The position numbers were made by a program, and so were the translations under genes. A stretch of DNA of 45,110 nt from Macrostomum lignano (lineage: Eukaryota), in contig NIVC01004456.1 in the NCBI GenBank assembly GCA_002269645.1, positions 1 through 45,110 of the forward strand, given 5' to 3'. Below the pieces are notes generated by a model, which was given only the letters and a program-made list of their open reading frames with translations, did not search any database and was not told the DNA's origin. Below, one piece after another: positions 22,066-35,206 of the stretch (position 1 is its first letter; each line of letters begins with the position of its first letter).

Positions 22066-25000
22066 GCCAGTGCAGTGGGGCAGCCGCCTGCCAGCGGGCA
22101 GCAGTTATGGGCACACATGATCCTGAAAATTGGATGTTAGTTTTAAGCTGTAACTTATGCCCATTCTGTTCTATTCAAAATGAAAGGTCTGCCAGGCATT
22201 CGATTCTCTACTTTGAAATTAAAAGTACTAATAATTAAAGAAAACTAGGTCACAGTGGCTTTACATAAAAATAGATCCATATACTAATGAATAATAATCT
22301 TCCTAGATTCAATATATGAGATTAGGTAAGATCTTCAAAATATAGTTTTCTGTGGAAAGCAAAGTATAAGAATATAAATAATAGATAAAACAAGCTCAAT
22401 TAGAAGAGAAACTTAATGTGTATTTACTAACACCAATTTTTTTAGAATAATAAATAAGATTATACATAATTTGTCAATTGTTTTTTTCTTTATTATTACC
22501 TAATTTGACTAAGAATAGATTGTTGCCAAATTTGCTTTTACTAAATTTGTCCATGGTGAATCTCTGTCATCAAATTTGTTTGTCCCTTAATTGGTCAGCA
22601 CCAATGCCATACTCACACCTCCGGCCAAAATTGTCATATTCGAGATCTTCATATGTGGGTTACAAAAAACAACTAAATTATCTAAATTGTCATTGTCTCT
22701 ACATTTAGACAATGCTGGATTTACTAAATTGTCATATTATGTTTCATTATTTGCACAAGGATCTTGGCTCTCATAGCGGCAACATGTTCTTGTTTGATAA
22801 CAAAATGATTTTCAACTTTAAATTACATTCATACTATCTACTTAAAAGATACAAAGCCTTGGACTAATTCCTGTATTGAAGTTAATAGTCTAGCTGAATT
22901 TCAAGGTTTAACCAAAGAATACTAAGCTAATATTAGCACAGTTACACAGTATTCTATGGGTTTAACTAGGAATGAATGATAGAAAGATTGCATTGTAATG
23001 GTTTGATACCTTTATAATTAGAAGCAAATATATTTTTAAACTTTATTTAAGATTATATTTCTTAGCTATTATAAAAATTTGCTTTAATTTATTCTAGGGT
23101 CCTATGTTATTTTGTTTAACTTGATTTCAATTCCAAGAAATTTGACAAATTGGTCATATTCAAATGGTAAAGTCTTGTAGATTGGCCAAGTTGTCATCAT
23201 TATATGACAATTTAAAATATGACAATTTCGACCATACCCTACTACACTACTGCCCTAAACTGAGCTAATATTAGGCTGATCTTATGCTGGATATTATTTG
23301 CCAAAATCTCTATATATTAGCTATAGTATAATATAATTGGAAAAGTCATTCTGTCCAATCCTTTTATTTGTATCAAATTGCTTGATTTGATAATTCAGTC
23401 AAATTGTGGCAGTCAATTGTTGTGAACCCTTCTTTGAATCATTATATAATCAACAAAAATAAATTGATCTTATTCTTAAAAGTATAATATCCTAGGCCTT
23501 ATTATTATTCTATTTTACCTGTCCTAATATTCATTAACTAAATATATAATAAAAAGTATTTTTTATAAAAATTTTGTAGATCTTGTGTCTTGAATGGCTT
23601 ACTTTCTTAATTCTAATGTGACATTATTGTATATCAATTTAAATCAATACTTAACTATGTTAAAGATAATTTATCCATAAATTAGAGTTTCGAGTTTTAA
23701 AGAAATCTGAATTTCTCATTAGGATATATAATTTAGCCACTAATGCTTCTGTCCGAACTGAATAAGACTATAGTTTTCTAAAACATAACACTTTATGCAT
23801 GCCATATGGCCTACTGAAATTGTTGTGTCAGCAGTGATATGTTGCATCAGACTAATGCACTGGCTATAAAAAGATCAACGTTAAAAAGGTTATGATTAAT
23901 AATAATAAAGGGCACTAATTATAAAAGGGGCATGACATTTTCAAACGAGCTAATGCTCAACAAATCGTACTTGCTTTTGTTGATTCCATGGCTAAATCTG
24001 TTTTGCTGACTCGACATGTTTTTTCATAGAAATAACGATTTTAAAAGGGTCGACACGGACAAAATCAACGCGAAAATTAGAGATATCGTAGCAAATTTGT
24101 AATCATGCAAATTTTTAAGAAGTTATGAGGACTCGGTTATCTATGGTAATTAAATTGCAGAAAAAAATGAAAGGCTTTTTAGATATACTGGGCCCGTTCT
24201 ATAACTAGCCATCGTAAGATAAGATCGTTCTTTGCTCCTATCTCCTCAGTGTAAAAGTTCCGACGTACGATCGAGCTTACGCCACGACAGCTTTATAGTA
24301 CGACCCCACTGTCTCTAGTTTCTTATTTTCTGAATGGTACAAGTAATATGGCTAGCTGCAACAGACCACCATAGTAAAGCCGGCTAACCAGCTATTTAGC
24401 AAATTCTATTTTGTCAGCAACTTCATTTGTCGACGAAACTGCCCAATATTCGCCGTCAGTGAATTTTAAACGACCTAAATCTACGTGTAGTAATCCGTGG
24501 TACTCATTGATGCAACCGATTTGCAAGTAAAAACGGAACTCGGCTGGCTTTTAGTATTTAATTTTAAAAGTGCAAAAATAGAAAAAAAGAAAAATTTGTA
24601 CAAAAACCGGAAAGAAGTCTTCAGAAAGACTAGTTTAGGGTTATTCTCTGTCAACTTCAAGCACATTTCAGCTTTCACACCTTAAACCAGAAATAACTTA
24701 CGTACGTACACTAAAGAGTACATTACAAGCACAATAATATTGTTGGGACGCAGCCTACTAATTGTCCCTGCACAATGCTATAATGATGAGCTCCAGTAGA
24801 GAATTACTTAGTACATGGAACACAAATATATGTAGTCAATACAATATAAACAATGCTAAGACTGAGAAATTCTGAATCTCAGAAACGTGATCAGTCCGTC
24901 CCGTTCCGAATTTTCTCGTGTAAAATGAGAAAAAAACAGAAGCACACTGCTAATAGCGCCCACTGCTAATACCTGCACTGTCACTAGCGCCCACAGGAAA

Positions 25001-25589
25001 TGGCTATGTCGTTACGACGCGTCGTGTACTAAGTGTAATTACGTTTTTACTAGAGTATCGCAATCGTTACATTGCGGCGATATTTTGCCTGGTATTCGCC
25101 ACGACTTTTGCTTAACCGAAGCCTGATTTTTGTTCAGCTAATCGCTCTTTAGGGACAAAATAAACGTCAGTACGAACCAAAAATAGCTGTACCAACTTAA
25201 GTTGACGGTACACGTCGTAGTTTATGCAAATGTACATTTAAGCTGTTCGTAGCACTTTTAATCTAGCTGTTAGATAATAAAAAAATTTTCAGCCAGGAAT
25301 GACACAAAAACAGCTCAAGCAGTGGCACAATATTTCAGAGATGCCCCTTCACTAAGAGAATGCATGAAAAACTGTGACTAAGATGTGAACCGTGAATAGT
25401 GATTGCAATCGATCGGGTGAATGCTCAACTCAATTTTCAGTTTTCATTTTTCAGTTCAACTCGAAAATCTATAACGAATCCTCATTTCCGCAGATAGGCA
25501 ACGGACATAAGCCAAGTATCACGAGTACCCACATATACTCGTACATAACTTACACTACTTTGACTCAGCTGCAGGATGGTCCGTAGACA

Positions 25590-26290
25590 CAGCGGGGGGG
25601 CTAGGGTCGCCCATTCCGCTAGCCCCTGAAGGCCTGCAGACAGGCAGAGGCGTGGGGCTGGTCAGGGTGGTCCGCCGGTCCGTCCTGCAGCGTGATCTTC
25701 CGTGGGGAAGAAAGTGGCTCGTCTTGTCGCCCGAAGGAACTGGATGAGCCGTGGGATGTTGTCGAGCTAGCAGACCTCGTCAATGGACGGGTTTGGCCCG
25801 AGGTAGCGTAGCCGGTCTCTGGTAAAGGGCAGTGACAAACAAAGTGCTGAGCATCTTCATTGTCGTACCCGCAAAAAGGGACAAAGTTCGCTCTCGAGGT
25901 CGCCTCAGAGGAAGCAGGGCCTGGCGAGGTAGCCATGGCCGGTATATGTCATGACGAGGGCTCAAATATCCTTCCGATTTTGGTTCAGAAAGACGTTTTT
26001 GAGCCTGCGGGAGGGGCACGGAACTGCGGCAGAAATTTTCGGCAGTTTTGGGTGCCCGCTCATCTGTCCCTGTGTAGGGAGTCAGTCCAGTCATCGATCT
26101 GACGATTGATGACCGTCGAAGGGATAGGGACCAGGGGGCAGGGCCAAAGAAAGAGCCAGAGCCGCCCCTCTTGGCGAGGGTGTCTGCCAGCTCGTTCCCC
26201 AGAAATCCTGCGTGCCCTGGAATCCACTTCAGCCTGACAGTATTGCTACTGGCCAGGAGGTTGAGCTGCCGGGCGCAGTTATACAACATA
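25590..26290 (-). mobile_element. 5'-truncated, decayed non-LTR retrotransposon fragment (RNase H C-terminus + CCHC zinc-knuckle region; I/R1-like group)
   Basis: VRLKWIPGHAGFLGNELADTLAKRG is the conserved end of non-LTR RNase H. Downstream, in other frames, TGHG...PFCGYDNEDAQHFVCHCP and LIQFLRATRR are typical ORF2 C-terminal motifs, interrupted by frameshifts and stops. Confidence 0.85.
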
Positions 26291-26557
26291 ATTAACGACA
26301 GGTTGAAATGCTGCTTAGCTATTGTCAAGCCACACATGTCTGCCTCTCCATCCAATGCAAATGTGTTGCTCTATCTTCCCAGCTGCATCTGCACCTGAAG
26401 TTTTTCTTCCACCCAATAAAAGTTGCCATTTAATACGGGACAATCCACTGTTACGAGGAGGAAGTGATCGCCATATATATACTCGCATTATCGCTGCCGG
26501 ATTAATGAATTTGCAGCAGCAAAAATTGTACTTATTGACAGAACCAGCAGCAAGAAG

Positions 26558-28666
26558 ATGGAGCAGGCTACAACGTTCTGCACATCCCGGATTCTCATTT
26601 TGCTCGTCATTGCTCCGATTCTAGCCATAGCCAGACTACCTTGCCCCAGATCCACTCAAGACTCGGCACTCTTGCAGGCGCACAGACAGTTATTGCCAAA
26701 GCAGCATCTGCAGCAGCACTGCATCCAGCAACGATGGCAAAAGTCATGCGACATCTTCCTGCCGCCGAGATCAGCTGAGTCAGCTGTCGGTGCGACCGCT
26801 AGCCTGAACTGCAGCGCTGAGTTGGCTGGGGTCAGGCCGCTCAGACAATTGCACCTCCGCTTTGTCTTCGGCTCGGCTGCAGGCCTATGGCGGGCGCCGG
26901 GCGGCGGGTCCTGCGGCCGGCTTCAGCGGCTGCGAATCCGGGGCTGGCGCTCCTCGGAGGGCCTGTCAGCCACGCAGATGCTGGGCCTCACCAGTTTGAG
27001 AAGTCTCGGCATTCATGATTCACAGGTAATTAGTTCGTTGTGGACTGCTATTGTGACGAACTATTTAAATCCGCAGTTGCACTTGTAGCTACAGCTAGTA
27101 CATAAATAAACAATCTTCGAACAGCTCTCCGGTACATGCTCCGAGAGTCAGACATTATTTTTAAAGCCAACCAAATCACACTTCAGATTGGCACTTTGGG
27201 TCCTGGTCTCCTCGTAGCCTCCGGTGGCCGCCTATCTGAGCTTCAGCTCACTGGCAGCGGCATTCAGATGCTCAGCCCGATGTCCCTGACACCTTGTCGA
27301 GGCCTGAAGACCCTCGACCTGTCCGACAATCGGCTGACTCACCTGCCTGACGAGTTGCTTATCGATTGCACTGAGCTCGTCGAGTTGCGCCTCTCGGCGA
27401 ATCGGCTGAAAATGCTGCCGTCCAGGCTGCTGACTGCCGTGGTGGCTCTGCAGCGACTGGAGCTTCAGCAGAACCGGCTGCACAGGATCCGAGCTGTGGC
27501 CAGAGGGTCGGCTTTGTCAAGCAACCGACGTCTCGAGCTGATCGATTTGCGAAGAAATCCGATCGAGCTGGGCCAGCCCGACAGGTGAGTCGTCAGATCA
27601 CTTGATGATGCTGCTGATGATGCTGCTGATGATGATGCTACTGATAATGCTACTGATAATGCTACTGGTGATGCTACTGATGATGCTACTGATGATTCTA
27701 CTGATGATGATGCTACTGATGATGATGCTACTGATGATGCTACTGATGATGCTACTGATGATGCTACTGATGATGATGCTACTGATGATGATGCTACTGA
27801 TGATGCTACTGATAATGCTACTGGTGATGCTACTGATGATGCTACTGATGATGCTACTGATGATGATGCTACTGATGATGATGCTACTGATGATGATGCT
27901 ACTGATGATGCTACTGATAATGCTACTGGTGATGCTACTGATGATGCTACTGATGATGCTACTGATGATGCTACTGATGATGATGCTACTGATGATGATG
28001 CTACTGATGATGATGCTACTGATGATGATGCTACTGATGATGCTACTGATAATGCTACTGGTGATGCTACTGATGATGATGCTACTGATGATGATGCTAC
28101 TGATGATGCTACTGATAATGCTACTGGTGATGCTACTGATGCTGCTACTGATGATGCTACTGATGATGATGCTACTGATGGTTATGCTACTGATGATGCT
28201 ACTGATTTCATGCGACTCGAGAAATGGGTAGCCAAAGCCCATGAAAATCAACTCCAGCCTGCAGGAAGCGTCCTTCTGCGGCCCGGCTAACGTCACGGTG
28301 ATGTTGGACGGGCCATCGACATGTTCAGCGGAATCTGCCGCGGCCGTGCTGAACTGCCAGCTGACATCAGCCGCAGGCGGGAGCAGCTGCTTGGGCCGCT
28401 CAGCCCGACTCCTCGTCGCATTCGCTGCCTGCAGTCGGCTCTTTGAAGCCGCGGACACCTGTCCTGCAGACTCGGCTACTGCAGGCTCCGTGGCAGCGTC
28501 AGGAGCTGGCAGGAACCCGCGTGCCGAAGGAGCAGCTCCGGCCGCCCGCCAGAGAGAGTCGGCAGCCGCGGCTGGCATTGTCGGCCGGGCTTCAACAGCC
28601 GCAGTGGCTTTGGCAGCCTTGGAACTGCTGTTGATGTTTGACTGGACTGACTGGCTGATGGACTGA
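26558..28666 (+). CDS. Secreted leucine-rich-repeat protein with probable GPI anchor; join(26558..27025,27187..27584,28258..28666), about 424 aa
   Basis: Signal-peptide-like N-terminus (RILILLVIAPILAIA); typical LRRs LKTLDLSDNRLTHLP, LVELRLSANRLKMLP, LQRLELQQNRLHRI, LELIDLRRNPI; Cys-containing cap, Ala/Ser stalk and hydrophobic C-terminus (VALAALELLLMFDWTDWLMD*). Donors cag|gtaatt and cag|gtgagt; total 1275 nt = 425 codons. The exon 3 acceptor is the least certain element. Confidence 0.75.
27603..28206. repeat. (GAT)n-based compound microsatellite with GCTACT interruptions in LRR intron 2
   Basis: 12/15/18-nt units such as GATGATGCTACT; gives the MMLL/SSII ORFs. Confidence 0.96.
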
Positions 28667-29682
28667 AGCCCGAAATTCAGGCATCGGTTTGAGGGTTGGG
28701 TTGGGAGACGCAGAACCTGAAAGGTAAAACGCTCTGAAGCCGGAAGCTTGAAGCCTGATCCCTGATTTGCAACAATCAGTTCGCAATCGCTACAACATGC
28801 TCTGGAAAGCCATTAAGATTCACAAATCTAATGGGTTTTAAGACTTGCAAAATGCAGCTTTAGTCTGGATGTGGTTTCAAAATGTAACTTTTTGATTTTT
28901 CCCGACGACTGCAAGGAAACTTGAATGCTCGGGTGCAGAAGAGCCGGATGAAGGCATCTGCGCAGTGAGTTGAAGGCTGAAGATTTCGGCTTCCGAATTT
29001 ACAGGCAATTTTGATTCGAAAAACATTCGATGAAATGTTTCTAATCCTACCGGCTAGAGAATACCAAACACTGTATCGAATCTAAGGGCTTTGATCAGTA
29101 CCTGTACCAGCCAAGAAACTGTCTGTCAAAGTTGTCAGATCACATTAATAAGCAACTAAATTCGATCTGATCTTCCGAGTTTATTGACAAATTGTCGTTA
29201 AAGATCTAGAATTTTCAGTGTAAAAAAGTCGTTTTACTCGTAAAGTCTGGCGATTTTTCACCCCTACAATGAAGAAAGGCGCAAACGCTGGGCTTTATCG
29301 ACTTTGCCAGCTGTGACCAATCCAGTGTAAAAAGTTAAGAAAACAAAGAATCAAAGATCATTTTCCCTAATTGTATTGACCAGCTTTAAACTGAATCTGG
29401 ATAGAGCACAGGCGAGGCAATGGCGAAGGAGTAGAAGCTGAACGATGCGCTTTATCGTCATCCATCATCTTCCAAGACAGAATACTGTAGCCAAGATGAC
29501 ATATAAAATTTCGCAGTTGCCCCCATCGAGAGGACGGCTGGAAACAAAAAAAACAGTAAAGGAAAAAGTGAGCCAAGTGCGATTCGCTGTGGGCTGCGGC
29601 TTTCCCTCGGCCAGCTGCCGTCTCGGGTCAGCTAGATTCCTGCGCAAATCCGCAGCTCCCATGCTGCTTGGGGGAGGGGATT

Positions 29683-30158
29683 TCAGCGCTCCAGTTTCCG
29701 GTCGCAGGGGTCGCAGTCTGCGATCGAGTGCTTTACGGCATGGCTTGCGGCGAAGCTGATGGGTGTAGCAAAGCGCCACCCGTTGCTGCCAATGTACTGC
29801 AGGGAATTCTGGCTTCAATTGAGCTGGCAGAGCCAAGTGTTCCGCATCTCCCAGCTCACACACGGTCAAAGTTCTATTTACAGTAGACAATCTTTGAGCA
29901 ACCTTTTGGACCCACTGCTCGGATAAGAAATTCATCAATCGCTATTCCTTTCTCGCTACTCGCTAGTAGGCTAGCTGTAATCTGATTATGCTGAAGCTCA
30001 TTGCCAAACTCTGATGGCAGAGCTCGGCGGTAACTCACGCCACCCCGACCTGGGCTTGATTCGGCAATTATATGCGCGCTGAAGCTGTTCCCGATTATGA
30101 GGGGCTGCCCCCAAGGCTCAGAGTGTGCGTGCACTACGATGAGGGAGTAGCCAGCCAG
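29683..30158 (-). CDS. Putative last two exons of an unidentified gene; complement(join(29683..29796,30039..30158))
   Basis: Acceptors gtgcag| (30159) and ttccctgcag| (29797), donor |gtgagt (30038); both phase 0, giving LAGYSLIVVHAHSEPWGQPLIIGNSFSAHIIAESSPGRGG-YIGSNGWRFATPISFAASHAVKHSIADCDPCDRKLER*. No recognised homology. Confidence 0.28.
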
Positions 30159-30165
30159 CTGCACT

Positions 30166-31770
30166 CTGACCTTCAGGTCACAATTTTCCCTTAGATATTC
30201 CCAAATCTCGCAAATCTGACTTTCAGGTCACAATCTCCTCTTAGATATTCCCAAATCTCGCAAATCTGACTTTCAGGTCACAATCTCCTCTTAGATATTC
30301 CCAAATCTCGCAAATCTGACTTTCAGGTCACAATCTCCTCTTAGATATTCCCAAATCTCGCAAATCTGACTTTCAGGTCACAATCTCTCTCCTCTTAGAT
30401 ATTCTCAAATCTCGCAAATCTGACCTTCAGGTCACAATATCCTCTTAGATATTCTCAAATCTCGCAAATCTGACCTTCAGGTCACAATATCCTCTTAGAT
30501 ATTCCCAAATCTCGCAAATCTGACTTTCAGGTCACAATATCCTCTTAGATATCCCCAAATTTCGCAAATCCGACTTTCAGGCCACAATATCCTCTTAGAT
30601 ATTCCCAAAATCTCGCAAATCTGACTTTCAGGTCACAATCTTCTCTTAGATATTCCCAAATCTCGCAAATCTGACCTTCAGGTCACAATATCCTCTTAGA
30701 TATTCTCAAATCTCGCAAATCTGACCTTCAGGTCACAATATCCTCTTAGATATTCCCAAATCTCGCAAATCTGACTTTCAGGTCACAATCTTCTCTTAGA
30801 TATTCTCAAATCTCGCAAATCTGACCTTCAGGTCACAATATCCTCTTAGATATTACCAAATCTCGCAAATCTGACTTTCAGGTCACAATATCCTCTTAGA
30901 TATCCCCAAATTTCGCAAATCCGACTTTCAGGCCACAATATCCTCTTAGATATTCCCAAAATCTCGCAAATCCGACTTTCAGGCCACAATATCCTCTTAG
31001 ATATTCCCAAATCTCGCAAATCTGACTTTCAGGTCACAATCTTCTCTTAGATATTCCCAAATTTCGCAAATCCGACTTTCAGGCCACAATATCCTCTTAG
31101 ATATTACCAAATCTCGCAAATCTGACTTTCAGGTCACAATCTTCTCTTAGATATCCCCAAATTTCGCAAATCCGACTTTCAGGCCACAATATCCTCTTAG
31201 ATATTCCCAAAATCTCGCAAATCTGACTTTCAGGTCACAATATCCTCTTAGATATCCCCAAATTTCGCAAATCCGACTTTCAGGCCACAATATCCTCTTA
31301 GATATTCCCAAATTTCGCAAATCCGACTTTCAGGCCACAATATCCTCTTAGATATTACCAAATCTCGCAAATCTGACTTTCAGGTCACAATCTTCTCTTA
31401 GATATCCCCAAATTTCGCAAATCCGACTTTCAGGCCACAATATCCTCTTAGATATTCCCAAAATCTCGCAAATCTGACTTTCAGGTCACAATATCCTCTT
31501 AGATATCCCCAAATTTCGCAAATCCGACTTTCAGGCCACAATATCCTCTTAGATATTCCCAAAATCTCGCAAATCTGACTTTCAGGTCACAATCTTCTCT
31601 TAGATATTCCCAAATTTCGCAAATCCGACTTTCAGGCCACAATATCCTCTTAGATATTCCCAAATCTCGCAAATCTGACCTTCAGGTCACAATCTTCTCT
31701 TAGATATTCTCAAATCTCGCTAATCTGACCTTTAGGTCACAATATTTTCTTAGATATTCTCAAATCTCGC
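30166..31770. repeat. 50-nt satellite (about 32 copies)
   Basis: Unit TTTCAGGTCACAATATCCTCTTAGATATTCCCAAATCTCGCAAATCTGAC with recurring variant combinations. Confidence 0.97.
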
Positions 31771-32493
31771 AGCACAATAACGTAAGCCAGTGGGTGCCCC
31801 GACTGACACTGGGTCTGCAGAGAAGTGACAAAGACACGAAAAGTCCATGATGGGCTGAGCGATTCAACTGGTACAACAAAGCCTGAAGACTGCGTCTATT
31901 CTAAGCAATTGGATTCAAGTCGCCAGGTTCAGTGAGAGGGGTGCTCAGGAAGAGCAGTCTGGCGGGCCTGTTATGATTAATGAGACGGCACGCAGCTGAA
32001 GGAAAAAGCGGGAGAAAACAACAGATAAAATTGCATTGATTGACAGGCGACTCAGCTTAGGGAAGCAGCAAAAAAGACAAGCTAGAAACAGGAAACACAG
32101 CTGGAACAACACCTGGAGCGGTAAAACTGGAATGCCGATAAACGTTGCTGCAGCGCGGTTAGAGCGGATTAGCTAAAGCCGGAATTCGTAAAGCGGAAGA
32201 TAAACGAGACAAATAAGATGCGATGCAGCGCAGAGGCTGCATTAGACTAGAAAAAGTAACAGATTGCAAATTAACAAATAAATTGTTCCTAACAGCAAAA
32301 TCCATAGGTTCTATTCGTCATAAATCTATGACAAAATTGGGGATGTATTTTTATATTGCTATTACTTCAATATCGCTTTGTGTTGTCCTATATAATAAGA
32401 GGTGAAAATCCTCCCTGACAATGTCCTTCATTTATCTACGAGCATTTTGGCTTCTCAGTAACAATAAGCTATCTATGTATTAAGGAGCGGAAT

Positions 32494-33186
32494 TCCCCCT
32501 GACAATAAGTTATCTGTATAATAGGGACAGAATTCCCCCTGACAATAAGTTATCTGTATAATAGGGACAGAATTCCCCCTGACAATAAGTTATCTGTATA
32601 ATAGGGACAGAATTCCCCCTGACAATAAGTTATCTGTATAATAGGGACAGAATTCCCCCTGACAATAAGTTATCTGTATAATAGGGACAGAATTCCCCCT
32701 GACAATAAGTTATCTGTATAATAGGGACAGAATTCCCCCTGACAATAAGTTATCTGTATAATAGGGACAGAATTCCCCCTGACAATAAGTTATCTGTATA
32801 TTAGGGACAGAATTCCCCCTGACAATAAGTTATCTGTACAATAGGGACAGAATTCCCCCTGACAATAAGTTATCTGTATAATAGGGACAGAATTCCCCCT
32901 GACAATAAGTTATCTGTATAATAGGGACAGAATTCCCCCTGACAATAAGTTATCTGTATAATAGGGACAGAATTCCCCCTGACAATAAGTTATCTGTATA
33001 ATAGGGACAGAATTCCCCCTGACAATAAGTTATCTGTATAATAGGGACAGAATTCCCCCTGACAATAAGTTATCTGTATAATAGGGACAGAATTCCCCCT
33101 GACAATAAGTTATCTGTATAATAGGGACGGAATTCCCCCTGACAATAAGTTATCTGTATAATAGGGACGGAATTCCCCCTGACAAT
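32494..33186. repeat. 40-nt near-perfect minisatellite (about 17 copies)
   Basis: Unit AATAGGGACAGAATTCCCCCTGACAATAAGTTATCTGTAT; only a few substitutions; no spacers. Confidence 0.97.
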
Positions 33187-33530
33187 ATGCTTCCGCACCA
33201 TAATGGATGATAGCAGGAACTCCAAATTCCACACTAATGATTCTTCAACGCTCCTATCACTCAGTGCTTAGTCAGGAGCGAGAGTTCATCGACTGTATCC
33301 ACATACCGGACGATTCAAAAATAGTTGAACTGCTTTAACCAAATGAACGCACATTCAATACTGCAGTCAAAGAGGACGCACAAAAACGCGAAAAAATTCG
33401 GCCACAACGGAGGCAATGGTGAGTGATAGATTGGCAGACAATTGTCGGGTGTGGGCTCGAAACGGGAGCAAGTGAAGCGGCAGTGCGGTGCAGGGGGGGG
33501 GTCTCCACTCAGCTGACTCAGCCTCTGCTG

Positions 33531-33846
33531 TGGATCACATGATTTGAGTCACATGATTTGGATCACATAATTTGAATCACATGATTTGGATCACATGATT
33601 TGGATCACATGATTTGAATCACATGATTTGGATCACATGATTTGGATCACATGATTTGAATCACACGATTTGGATCACATGATTTGGATCACATGACTTG
33701 GATCACATGATTTGGATCACATGATTTGAATCACACGATTTGGATCACATGATTTGGATCACATGACTTGGATCACATGATTTGGATCACATGACTTGGA
33801 TCACACGATTTGAATCACACGACTTGGATCACATGATTTGAATCAC
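33531..33846. repeat. 15-nt minisatellite (about 21 copies)
   Basis: Unit TTGGATCACATGATT with TTGAATC, CACG and GACT variants. Confidence 0.95.
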
Positions 33847-34475
33847 GGGTTCTGATAGCACATGGATAAAACTCGTTCTTCCAGGCTACATTCTCCCGCT
33901 AGAATCTTGAGGTTTTACAGATCCTATTCACAGGACATTGGCATTAACCAGCTAAAGGTGGGTTTATCTTCAGGTTGCAAATGTCTTCAGGCTTCAAACC
34001 TCCGCACACCTCAGGCAGTGAAACACAAAGTTAGCCCACTGATTTACAAAAATGTCAAGCAAAATGCAGAGCAGGAGGCCGCCAGAGGAGAGACGCGGAT
34101 ACAGTGAGAAGGTGCAGCAAATCTTCACTTATGCCGAAAGGGAAGCCATGTGCTCACTCAGCACTGGAGCGATGCAAAATGACAAGATTCGAAAGCGAAA
34201 TGGCAAAATCAGCAACCGATTAACAGGCGAGTTAAAAATGGTTTTATAATATAAGATTGTCAAATGCTCGCGCAGCTCAACTGATTGAAGCAATAAAGCA
34301 ATATGCAACTGACTAGAACAACAACCGTGAGGCGGCGGCTTCAAAGTGCCAATAAAAATTAAAGGAAACAACTGTCTGCTTTGGGAGTGAGGATTCAGAA
34401 CGAACATCAGCAGATCTTTTTATATAGCAATAAACAAAATTGCGTAAACAAAGTCTTTAAAAAGATATTTGTAGT

Positions 34476-35200
34476 CCAATCTACAGCAAGATTATTCCAA
34501 TCTACAGCAAGATTATTCCAATCTACAGCAAGATTATTCCAACCTACAGCAAGATTATTCCAATCTACAGCAAGATTATTCCAATCTATAGCAAGATTAT
34601 TCCAACCTACAGCAAGATTATTCCAATCTACAGCAAGATTATTCCAATCTACAGCAAGATTATTCCAATCTATAGCAAGATTATTCCAACCTACAGCAAG
34701 ATTATTCCAATCTACAGCAAGATTATTCCAATCTACAGCAAGATTATTCCAATCTACAGCAAGATTATTCCAACCTACGGCAAGATTATTCCAATCTACA
34801 GCAAGATTATTCCAATCTACAGCAAGATTATTCCAACCTACAGCAAGATTATTCCAATCTATAGCAAGATTATTCCAACCTACAGCAAGATTATTCCAAT
34901 CTACAGCAAGATTATTCCAATCTATAGCAAGATTATTCCAACCTACAGCAAGATTATTCCAATCTACAGCAAGATTATTCCAATCTACAGCAAGATTATT
35001 CCAATCTACAGCAAGATTATTCCAATCTACAGCAAGATTATTCCAATCTACAGCAAGATTATTCCAATCTACAGCAAGATTATTCCAACCTACAGCAAGA
35101 TTATTCCAATCTACAGCAAGATTATTCCAATCTATAGCAAGATTATTCCAACCTACAGCAAGATTATTCCAATCTACAGCAAGATTATTCCAATCTACAG
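34476..35200. repeat. 21-nt minisatellite (about 34 copies) immediately downstream of the DLGAP stop codon
   Basis: Unit CCAATCTACAGCAAGATTATT; gives the QSTARLF/VDWNNLA ORFs. Confidence 0.97.
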
Positions 35201-35206
35201 GCAGAT

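Noticed and set aside
30166-31770. TTTCAG|GT in each 50-nt unit as recursive splice sites on the plus strand
   Set aside because: The following GTCACA/GCCACA is a poor donor and no plus-strand gene spans the array.
32494-33186. CRISPR-like regular repeat
   Set aside because: Units are contiguous with no unique spacers, there are no cas genes, and the context is eukaryotic.
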